The position numbers and the translations under genes were made by a program. 64,000 nt of DNA from an uncultured Bacilli bacterium (GTDB lineage: Bacteria; Bacillota_I; Bacilli_A; RF39; UBA660): assembly GCA_934090935.1 (NCBI GenBank), contig CAKOKD010000001.1:290571-354570 (forward strand). Reading direction: 5' to 3'. The notes under the pieces are model-generated. The model saw nothing but the letters and a program-made list of their open reading frames with translations, made no database searches and was not told the DNA's origin. Positions 56,406-64,000 of this stretch are shown here, in pieces; position 1 is the first letter of the stretch, and each line of letters begins with the position of its first letter.

Positions 56406-57599
56406 ATGAAGAAAAGGAGTGCAATAATAGTTGCAATTGTTTTTATGATGATTGGATTTGCAGCAGTAAGTACGTCATTGATAATAAATGGAAATGCTAA
56501 TGTTAGCGAAAGCAATGAAGATTATTCAGTAATATTTACTAAAGCTTCATTAGATGGAGAAGATGTGTATTCAACAGCAGTAGATGATACAAAAAAGATA
56601 ATTACATTTACAAGTAAGAATCTAATGAAAGTCGGAGACACATCAACACTTACATATGAAGTAACAAATAATTCAGCAAACTATGATGCAGAAGTGCGTG
56701 TTACATGTGTACCAAAAGACGGAACAACAACAAAATATACAAGTATCAAGAATGAACTTGAAGGAAATGCAACGAAGGTATTAGCAAAAGAAAGTATAAA
56801 TGGAACATTAACAATAACACTTTCAAAACAATCAATCGAAGAAGTGAGTGAAGAATATACATGTTCGTTAGAATTCAATGCAACTGAGAGAGATGAACTT
56901 GGAGAAAATATTCAAGATCCAGTATCATTTACAACAGATTCCTGGGAGACTATTCAAAAAGCAGTTAAAATAGGAAATACAAGTAAATATAATGTAGGGG
57001 ATACAAAAGAAATAAATTTAACTAATTTTGGAACACATACAGTGCGTATATCAAATATGAGTGCATGCACAAATGGAGAAACAAGTGAAACAGCATGTGG
57101 GTTTGTAGTAGAATTTGCAGATATAATAACAAAACATACATTTAATAATACATCAACAAATGTAGGAGGTTGGAAAAATTCAGAAATACGTACATATGTA
57201 AATGGAACAATATATAATTCTTTACCAAGTGAATTACAAAATGCTATCACTTCAACAAAGGTAATATCAGGACATGGAAGTACAAGTGGAGAGACAAATT
57301 TTGAAACACAAGACAAAGTATACCTAATATCATCAAAAGAATTATACGGAACAGCGACAGTCAAAGATACTTTAAGCACTGAAACAAAGCAATTGGATTA
57401 TTATAAAAATAAAGGAGTTACTTTATTAAAATACACTGAAGCTGTAAAAAAGTATAATCTACAAGACGTAAACTGGTGGCTTCGATCAGCAACTTCCGAT
57501 ACAACAGACTTCTTTCTTGACGTAGCAACAAAGGGAGTCTGGACAAACGGAGCTTCTACTGCATTAAATGGCATTTCTCCAGCATTTAGAATAGGATAG
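56406..57599 (+). CDS. secreted family member C: conserved N-module plus lectin-like C-domain ending ...WWLRSATSD...GISPAFRIG
   Basis: TGAGGTG RBS 8 nt before ATG 56406 (the track's 56397 start is GTG). N-module is close to the 9258 pseudogene N-terminus. Confidence 0.85.
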   Translation: MKKRSAIIVAIVFMMIGFAAVSTSLIINGNANVSESNEDYSVIFTKASLDGEDVYSTAVDDTKKIITFTSKNLMKVGDTSTLTYEVTNNSANYDAEVRVTCVPKDGTTTKYTSIKNELEGNATKVLAKESINGTLTITLSKQSIEEVSEEYTCSLEFNATERDELGENIQDPVSFTTDSWETIQKAVKIGNTSKYNVGDTKEINLTNFGTHTVRISNMSACTNGETSETACGFVVEFADIITKHTFNNTSTNVGGWKNSEIRTYVNGTIYNSLPSELQNAITSTKVISGHGSTSGETNFETQDKVYLISSKELYGTATVKDTLSTETKQLDYYKNKGVTLLKYTEAVKKYNLQDVNWWLRSATSDTTDFFLDVATKGVWTNGASTALNGISPAFRIG

Positions 57600-57607
57600 T
57601 GATTAGT

Positions 57608-59020
57608 ATGAAGAGAAATAAAATAATAACATTAATTCTTGTAATATTTGTATTCGGAATATCAGTAGCATATGCAGCAGATATAATATTAAGTGAAGAA
57701 GTATATTTTGATAATAAAAATTCAAATTTGAGTTCAACAAATGTACAAGATGCAATAGATGAAATAAATGAAAAAGTATTGTTAACAAAATCATGTTCAA
57801 GTGATGTAGAAGAACCAAAAGTAAGTGATGGATTAATACCAGTAACTATAGCAAATGATGGAACAGTAACATATGCCGATACAAGTAAGAGATGGTATGA
57901 CTATTGTAATAAAGTTTGGGCAAATGCAGTAATACTTGAAGATGGTGTAAGTTATAATGTAGGAGATACAATAAAAGAAGATGATATTCAAAGTTATTTT
58001 GTATGGATACCAAAATACAAGTACAAACTTTGGAATGTAGATACACCAATAGAAAAAACACACGAAATAGATATAATATTTGATGCAAAGGATACAATAG
58101 ATGTAGAAGGAGTATCATGTAAAACACCGATGACAAGTGGAGATTCAGGAAACTGTAAAAATGGAGAATATATGACACATCCAGCATTTGTAAGTATGGG
58201 AGTGAATGGATTCTGGGTAGGAAAGTTTGAAACTGGATATAAAGGAGCGACAAACGTTTCTTCTGGTCGAGTAAATTCAAGGGATACAAGTAAAGTAATA
58301 ATAAAACCAAATGTATATAGTTGGAGAGGCATAACTGTATATAATGCATTTAGTGCAAGTTATAATTATAACCGAGAAATGAATTCACACATGATAAAAA
58401 ATACCGAGTGGGGAGCAGTTGCATATTTAAGTCACTCAAAATATGGAATAAGTAAAAAAATAAACATTAATAATAACAGTTCCTTTAAAACAGGATATTC
58501 AGCTCTTTTATCAACAAGTCAACATATATATCCTGGAGATTATGGGGATGGCGCAAGTTATAATTCTTTCTATAATACAAATGTAGGTTATAAAGCAAGT
58601 ACAACGGAAAATATAAGTGGTGTATATGATATGTCTGGTGGAACTCATGAGTACACTGCTTCATATGTAAATGGAAAACCAGGTACAAGTGGATTTACAA
58701 CTGCAACAATTGCAAACAGTGATTCAAAATATTTTGATATATATAATGCATCTTCTTCAGTTACATCTTATCAATATAGAATATTAGGAGATGCAACTGG
58801 TGAATTAGGACCATTTAAACGATATGTAGATGCAGATAATACCTCTAGAGGTCATAATGGTTGGTATGGCGAACATTCTGATTTCATTGATTCTTCTTAT
58901 CCTTGGTTCATTCGTGGAGGTTATTATTGCTATGGAGTGCTTGCAAGTCAATTTTATTTTAATAGGTATACTGGAGCTGTTGATTTAAACATTGGTTTCC
59001 GTATAGTTTTAGCTCCATAA
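57608..59020 (+). CDS. secreted protein E, co-transcribed with C: Sec signal peptide (VAYA/AD), unique N-region, lectin-like C-region ending GFRIVLAP
   Basis: Starts 9 nt after the stop of C. Its C-terminal 150 aa are the template of the 9568-10019 pseudogene segment. Motifs HPAF...GFWVGKFE, EWGAVAYL, PWFIRGGYYCYG. Confidence 0.8.
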   Translation: MKRNKIITLILVIFVFGISVAYAADIILSEEVYFDNKNSNLSSTNVQDAIDEINEKVLLTKSCSSDVEEPKVSDGLIPVTIANDGTVTYADTSKRWYDYCNKVWANAVILEDGVSYNVGDTIKEDDIQSYFVWIPKYKYKLWNVDTPIEKTHEIDIIFDAKDTIDVEGVSCKTPMTSGDSGNCKNGEYMTHPAFVSMGVNGFWVGKFETGYKGATNVSSGRVNSRDTSKVIIKPNVYSWRGITVYNAFSASYNYNREMNSHMIKNTEWGAVAYLSHSKYGISKKININNNSSFKTGYSALLSTSQHIYPGDYGDGASYNSFYNTNVGYKASTTENISGVYDMSGGTHEYTASYVNGKPGTSGFTTATIANSDSKYFDIYNASSSVTSYQYRILGDATGELGPFKRYVDADNTSRGHNGWYGEHSDFIDSSYPWFIRGGYYCYGVLASQFYFNRYTGAVDLNIGFRIVLAP

Positions 59021-59023
59021 AAA

Positions 59024-59045
59024 AGGAAGATGCTAATCTTCTTTT
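59024..59045. terminator. bidirectional terminator between gene E and tmcAL
   Basis: GGAAGATGCTAATCTTCT hairpin with flanking A/T runs. Confidence 0.55.
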
Positions 59046-60142
59046 TTTAATGGTTTGTTTCCTAATTCAAATTTAAGCACATCATCATTTGTTAAAAGTT
59101 TATAAACATATGCACATCTTAATTCATAGTCTTTAATTATAGAATTAATACTTGTAAACTTTGTAATAAGAGGAATATTTATATCTTTCTTTATTGAATT
59201 GATGTAAAGTTGACCTAATTTACTTAATCCTAGAATCCTAATATAATCGTTTTTTGTTACTTTTGCTTTATCTTCTTTAGTTAAACCGATTAAAATATGT
59301 ATAAGCATTCTTCTTATTCTATTTGTTGTATATCTTTTAGATTTAGTTTTCTCGATTAAATCATCTATGGAATTGGCATTATTTACAACTTTTTTTAATC
59401 TGTTTTCAATTCCTTCATCAACTGTTAAATACTTTGATAAATCATTATCGGTAAGTATCTTATATTTCAAAAAAGTAAATAAAAGGTCATCGTCTATTTT
59501 ATTTATTTTTCCTTCAGGTATATAGTTAGTTATATCAATATTATTTTTTATTTTATTTCTTATATTGGTTGCAGATATTATTGAATCATTACTTTTAGTA
59601 TCATGAAAGTCGTTAGTTCTTTTTATAGATATTGGTTCAATATCATAATTATTTTTTAATATAGCTTTGATATAAGAAAGTGCTAGTAAATCGTTTGGAA
59701 GTTTGATATTAGATTCTGTAACTTTATTTAACGCTGTGGGATAATTAATTCCTTCCTTTAAAAATTCTTTTACTTTATCATCATTTTCTAATTGTTTTTT
59801 AGCTATTTCTTTTAAATAGTCAATGTCATTTGTTTCAGAACCAAAAACTATTTTTTTTACTCTTAACTCGTTTAAAAGTTCAATTGAGGAAGATGCGAAT
59901 ATATCTGCAGAAGAAGAAGAGAATATAAAAGGATGTTCGATTACTAAATCAACGCCATATTTTAAAGCTAGTCTTGTTTTTTCTTCTTTTGATTCTATGG
60001 ATATATCTCCACGTTCTAAAAAGTATCCATTTAATATCAAAATAATGATATGGTTTTTATACATCTCTTTTATTTTGTTTATATGATATATATGTCCATT
60101 ATGAAAAGGATTATACTCACATATGATTCCGATTGCATCCAT
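59033..60142 (-). CDS. tmcAL: tRNA(Met) cytidine acetate ligase TmcAL-like (UPF0348 nucleotidyltransferase)
   Basis: MDAIGIICEYNPFHNGHIYH (HxGH) N-terminus; about 370 aa; AGAGGTGA RBS before ATG 60142. Confidence 0.7.
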   Translation of the reverse strand: MDAIGIICEYNPFHNGHIYHINKIKEMYKNHIIILILNGYFLERGDISIESKEEKTRLALKYGVDLVIEHPFIFSSSSADIFASSSIELLNELRVKKIVFGSETNDIDYLKEIAKKQLENDDKVKEFLKEGINYPTALNKVTESNIKLPNDLLALSYIKAILKNNYDIEPISIKRTNDFHDTKSNDSIISATNIRNKIKNNIDITNYIPEGKINKIDDDLLFTFLKYKILTDNDLSKYLTVDEGIENRLKKVVNNANSIDDLIEKTKSKRYTTNRIRRMLIHILIGLTKEDKAKVTKNDYIRILGLSKLGQLYINSIKKDINIPLITKFTSINSIIKDYELRCAYVYKLLTNDDVLKFELGNKPLKKED

Positions 60143-60215
60143 CGCGTTCACCTCTTTTATATATTAACATAAGTGAGAAATTTATGCTATAATTGTATCA
60201 GGATAGGGTGATGAG

Positions 60216-60647
60216 ATGAAAAAACGTATATATTTTATTCATTCAAGAAAAATCAATTATAATGATGAAATTTATTTGCCAGTGCTTAGAAGTAAAGTCT
60301 TACATAATCATGATTTAATGCTTCCTGAAAGTGAAAGTTTAAAGGATAAATATTACAAAGATTTGATCAATATGGCGGATATTATAGTTGTTGATTTAAC
60401 ACTTCCAGATATCGGTTTTAATATGGAATTAAAGCAAGCTATCTTATCTCATAAACCGATTCTTGCTTTAGCAAATAAAAACGTTGCTTTTGATGAAAAA
60501 TATAAAAAACTTTTAAAAAATATCTATGGATATTCTAACGAAGAAGAATTCAGGGATTATGTTGAAAAGTTTGCACTAAAACATGAAAGTGATCCTAGAA
60601 GTGATGTTGGAACTATAATACTTGGCGATATAAAAGAGGATAATTAG
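60216..60647 (+). CDS. hypothetical protein (Rossmann-like; possibly YtoQ/nucleoside 2-deoxyribosyltransferase-like)
   Basis: Weak pattern only. Confidence 0.35.
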   Translation: MKKRIYFIHSRKINYNDEIYLPVLRSKVLHNHDLMLPESESLKDKYYKDLINMADIIVVDLTLPDIGFNMELKQAILSHKPILALANKNVAFDEKYKKLLKNIYGYSNEEEFRDYVEKFALKHESDPRSDVGTIILGDIKEDN

Positions 60648-60955
60648 TTATCCTCCTCTATGTCTAAAATAGATGAAATATCTATTTTTTTATTGTCTAA
60701 AGTGATTAAATATTTTTGAGTTCTTCCTATAATTGTTTCATGTTTTTCTTCATTATCTGTTTTTATTAAAACATTTAATTTATAAACATAGTTATTGGAA
60801 TTAAATAAATCATTTATTTTCTTTTCAATCAAAAATGTATTGTTTTTAGAATTTTTAGTATATGGTACAAGCTCATCTTTTTCGCTTTGATATATGCTTT
60901 GACTCATATTATTGGTTTTTATATTATTGTTTTGAAATACTTTTGGTAAATTCAT
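60644..60955 (-). CDS. hypothetical protein
   Basis: AGGTGA RBS before MNLPKVFQ. Confidence 0.4.
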   Translation of the reverse strand: MNLPKVFQNNNIKTNNMSQSIYQSEKDELVPYTKNSKNNTFLIEKKINDLFNSNNYVYKLNVLIKTDNEEKHETIIGRTQKYLITLDNKKIDISSILDIEEDN

Positions 60956-61012
60956 GTTTATCACCTATAATATAATATGTTTAATTATCGTTTTTATGAG
61001 TAAAATAAAAAT

Positions 61013-62044
61013 ATGAAAGATAATGGGTTAATAATAAGTTGTGTAATAATATTTTTTATATTTAGTATGATCAATTTGATTGATTATAATTTCTTTTTTG
61101 TGAAACAAATTATTTGGTATATATTGGGATTTATTATTTATTTTATTATGAAAAAATTAAACAGGAGAAGTGTAATAAGACTTTCTTTCTTGTTGTATAT
61201 TATTTTAAATGTACTTCTTTTATATCTCCTTATATTTGGAAGTGAAACCAATGGATCTAAAGCTTGGATAAATATTGGTAAGATGAGTATTCAACCAAGT
61301 GAACTCATGAAGGTTGTTTTAATTGTCGTTTTAAGCTATATGACTTGTAAAAAAAATTATGTGATAAAGTCTTTTGTATTAACACTTATTCCTGCAGTTC
61401 TTACTTTTTTGGAACCTGAAACTGGAAATGTTATATTTTATTTTGTTATATTTGTTTCCTGCATAATGTTTAATTCATCAAATTTTAAGGCGTTTAAAAT
61501 TCTTTTTTCATCTATGATATTTATTTTAAGTGTGTTGTTTTCATTATATTATTTTTATAATGATTTATTTATAGGTATATTTGGATATAAAATATTTTAT
61601 AGAATTGATCGAATAATCAGTTTTTTAAACTCTAATTATCAATTGAATCAAGCTTTAATCGCGATGGGAACGTCTTATCTATTTGGTGGAATAAGTTCAA
61701 ACTTTATACCTGAGGCGAAAACGGATTTTGCCTTTGCTTTGTTGGTTAGCAAGGTTGGATTTCTTGGAATTCTAGTTTATTTAGCCGTTAATTTTTTATT
61801 CAACATATGTGTTATAAATAAGATAAAGAGAAATTATGGAGTAATGAAACTTATTATTTCTTCGTTTATAGTGTTAAAAATATTTCAAGAAAGTATTCAT
61901 ATACTTATGAATATCGGTTTTTTTCCAATTACAGGAATAACTTTGCCTTTTATTTCTTATGGTGGTACAAGCATTATTACATATTTTTATATCTTAGGAA
62001 TTATTAGTAATAGAAGTATGGATTATAGTTTGGATAAACATTAG
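61013..62044 (+). CDS. SEDS-family (FtsW/RodA/SpoVE) protein, shorter than usual
   Basis: C-terminal GGTS motif (LPFISYGGTSIITYF); multiple TMs; no obvious RBS. Confidence 0.65.
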   Translation: MKDNGLIISCVIIFFIFSMINLIDYNFFFVKQIIWYILGFIIYFIMKKLNRRSVIRLSFLLYIILNVLLLYLLIFGSETNGSKAWINIGKMSIQPSELMKVVLIVVLSYMTCKKNYVIKSFVLTLIPAVLTFLEPETGNVIFYFVIFVSCIMFNSSNFKAFKILFSSMIFILSVLFSLYYFYNDLFIGIFGYKIFYRIDRIISFLNSNYQLNQALIAMGTSYLFGGISSNFIPEAKTDFAFALLVSKVGFLGILVYLAVNFLFNICVINKIKRNYGVMKLIISSFIVLKIFQESIHILMNIGFFPITGITLPFISYGGTSIITYFYILGIISNRSMDYSLDKH

Positions 62045-62195
62045 GTGTATAGTAAACTGGTCTTGGACGAGATAATCCAACTATAGCTGCTCCTCCAAGT
62101 CCTCCAAGCAAAAATGGTACAGCAAATCCGAAACGATCTTGATAATACATATTAGGTTTGAAATAAGGATTATAGTTATACATGAAAAAAACTCC
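62016..62195 (-). CDS. small Tyr/Pro/Gly-rich protein (59 aa, MYNYNPYFKPNMYYQDRFGFAVPFLLGGLGGAAIVGLSRPRPVYYTPNVYPNYNPYFYY)
   Basis: AAAGGAG RBS 8 nt before ATG; not in the ORF track (under 60 aa); convergent 29-bp overlap with the SEDS gene end. Confidence 0.45.
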
Positions 62196-62223
62196 TTTCT
62201 ATGAGTATTTTATGTAAGGAGTT

Positions 62224-63060
62224 TTATTTTGTTCTTAATCTATATAAAGTAATGCTTGGTCGATTAAAGAATCTTAATCTAAGGGTAGATGTTCCAATTC
62301 CACCGGAGACATATAATTCTTTTGAACCGATTATATAATGTTCATCCTTATATTTTTTTGAACCATCAGGTGTCCATAAAGCACCTATTAAAGGTATTCT
62401 TACTTGACCTAGGTGAGAGTGCCCAGCAAAAGCTATATTGTAAGAATCATCAGTTATATCATCTATTAGGTCAGGTTCATGAGTTAAAACTATTGTGAAT
62501 AAATCATCGGGATATTCGTTTTTATAACTAAAACCATTTTTTATATCAACTTTTCCTCTTAATGGGTCATCAAAACCAACAAATACTAGAGGAGTTGTTG
62601 AATTTTTATATACGAATTCATAAGTGTTATATAAAACGTTCCAATTTAGCTCTTTCATGATTATATCAAAGTATTCATGATCATAGTCGTGATTTCCTTT
62701 GACGGCTAATATTTCTATATTGGCTTTAAGTTTCTTTAATTCAACTATAATATTATTTACTTCTTCATCACTTAGTTTTACTTTGTTTTCAACTAGATCA
62801 CCGGTGAAGATAATTATATCAGGATTTTGATCATTTATTCTTTTTACAACATGTTTAAGTTCTTTTAAGAACACAGTGCTTCCATAATGAAGATCTGTAA
62901 ACTGAACGATTTTTAAACCATCATAATCCTCTGGTAGAGATGATGATATTATCGATTTTTCATAAACTTTCAAACCTGTAGTCGATATGAATCTTGCATA
63001 AAGAATGCCAAGTATCGCGCTTATAATTAGAAATATTAAAATTATTTTCCATCTTTTCAT
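62224..63060 (-). CDS. calcineurin-like metallophosphoesterase with N-terminal TM
   Basis: FTDLHYG, GDLVEN, GNHDY, GHSHLGQ phosphoesterase motifs. Confidence 0.8.
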   Translation of the reverse strand: MKRWKIILIFLIISAILGILYARFISTTGLKVYEKSIISSSLPEDYDGLKIVQFTDLHYGSTVFLKELKHVVKRINDQNPDIIIFTGDLVENKVKLSDEEVNNIIVELKKLKANIEILAVKGNHDYDHEYFDIIMKELNWNVLYNTYEFVYKNSTTPLVFVGFDDPLRGKVDIKNGFSYKNEYPDDLFTIVLTHEPDLIDDITDDSYNIAFAGHSHLGQVRIPLIGALWTPDGSKKYKDEHYIIGSKELYVSGGIGTSTLRLRFFNRPSITLYRLRTK

Positions 63061-63068
63061 AGAACCAC

Positions 63069-63674
63069 CTATATAAATAATACCATAATTGCTATTAAGT
63101 TATTTAAAATATGTGCAAATGTTGACGTTAAGATGTTTTCATCTTTAAAATAGGCAACTGAAAGAGAGATACTTAAAAACATATAAGGTATAAAAAATAT
63201 TAAATCTTTTGAATTTCCTAAGTTTAAATGAACTAAAGCAAATATAATTGTGGATAGACATATGCTTACAAATCCTTTTTTATATGGTAAACGATATATC
63301 ACTTCTTCTACAAATGGAGAAAATATTGTAAGCATTATGGACATAAGTAATGGGGATGAGGAAATCATATTCTCTAATTCTTTTTGATTTAAAGAGTTTG
63401 TTTTCATGCTATTAAGCAAAATATATTCGCTTATAAAGGATAATGCAATAAAAAGTATTATAAAAAGAATTTGTTTTAAAGATATATTTCTTAATTTAAA
63501 GAAGTCTTGCTTTATTTTGTCTTTATAAATAATCATAAAAAATATTGATAGTAAAATATATGTTAAGAAGTATGTATATATCTCATTTTTTAAAAATAAA
63601 AACAATAAAGCATATATGAAGGAATTAAATATAATTAAAGATATGCTTATCGCAAAACTTTTCAAACAATTCAT
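63069..63674 (-). CDS. CPBP-family (CAAX protease-like) intramembrane metalloprotease
   Basis: EEVIYR, FALVH, HILNN motifs; AAGGAGTGA RBS before MNCLKSF. Confidence 0.7.
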   Translation of the reverse strand: MNCLKSFAISISLIIFNSFIYALLFLFLKNEIYTYFLTYILLSIFFMIIYKDKIKQDFFKLRNISLKQILFIILFIALSFISEYILLNSMKTNSLNQKELENMISSSPLLMSIMLTIFSPFVEEVIYRLPYKKGFVSICLSTIIFALVHLNLGNSKDLIFFIPYMFLSISLSVAYFKDENILTSTFAHILNNLIAIMVLFI

Positions 63675-63807
63675 TTTTATCACTCCTTGAATAACAATAT
63701 TTTAACATAAGTTATGATAAAATGTTTGAAAATCGTATATACCCATGCTATAATTATTGATAGTAGAAGAATATGCCTTATGGGAATAAATTGGAAGGGT
63801 TGAAGAA

Positions 63808-64000
63808 ATGAAGAAAAAAAGAAATTCATCAATTTTTAAAAGACTTTTAGGTAATAAGAATACAGTTACTATTTTAGGTGTGCTTGCATGTATTGCAACG
63901 CTTATCGTTGGTTATAATTATCGTGTTAATAATGCAATCAGTCCCATAACTGTTCCATATGCTAAGGAATCCATTCCATCAAGAACGCTTATTACAAGCG
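63808..64000 (+). CDS. CpaB/RcpC-like (Flp pilus assembly, SAF-domain) protein; 5' partial, runs off the window
   Basis: MKKKRNSSIFKRLLGNKNTVTILGVLACIATLIVGYNYRVNNAISPITVPYAKESIPSRTLIT: charged N-terminus, TM, then the start of a SAF-like segment as in CpaB. Confidence 0.35.
   Translation, partial: MKKKRNSSIFKRLLGNKNTVTILGVLACIATLIVGYNYRVNNAISPITVPYAKESIPSRTLITS

Overview
This window is low-GC Firmicutes chromosome (my estimate is under about 30% GC) from an endospore-former. The evidence is a CotE homolog, a sigma-G homolog preceded by a forespore-type promoter, a Cse60-like gene and a SpoVB-type flippase. Gene order resembles the Bacillus subtilis 'yt' region (ezrA, cysteine desulfurase, rpsD, tyrS, trmB, ytxG/ytxH-like), and ileS and tyrS carry T-box leaders. 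Housekeeping content: clpP (partial), gap, ileS, rpsD, a GH31 glycosidase, trpS, a GluRS-family ligase, an RNase J-like gene, dnaB/dnaI, tmcAL, yidD, a SEDS protein and an M16 peptidase pair.

The unusual part is an accessory system interleaved with these genes. It is a paralogous family of secreted proteins built from a conserved, two-Cys N-terminal module plus variable C-terminal modules. Most C-terminal modules end in a DUF1566/C-type-lectin-like motif (WW.RS ... G.RP..); this is inferred from remembered motifs. One member has a C-terminal part made of two tandem glycine-rich repeats instead.

Four family members are driven by near-identical promoters with a G8-G9 homopolymer in the -35/-10 spacer. 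I read this as a candidate slipped-strand phase-variation switch.

Three loci are preceded by a conserved ~345-bp cassette that has the hallmarks of a type I toxin-antitoxin module. It has a consensus sigma-A promoter, an SD-sequestering 5' stem, a 25-27 aa hydrophobic peptide ORF and a convergent ~90-nt antisense RNA with its own promoter and terminator. The mRNA 5'UTR is complementary to its own 3' region.

The family shows active turnover. There is a chimeric frameshifted pseudogene, an almost completely deleted 'ghost' copy, and a 31-bp direct duplication of the ileS 3' end flanking a 2.7-kb block. A fragmentary Tad/Flp-like pilus locus and a Thr-rich surface protein with three cadherin-like repeat domains are also present. 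Everything here comes from reading the sequence and from remembered family motifs; no database search was run.
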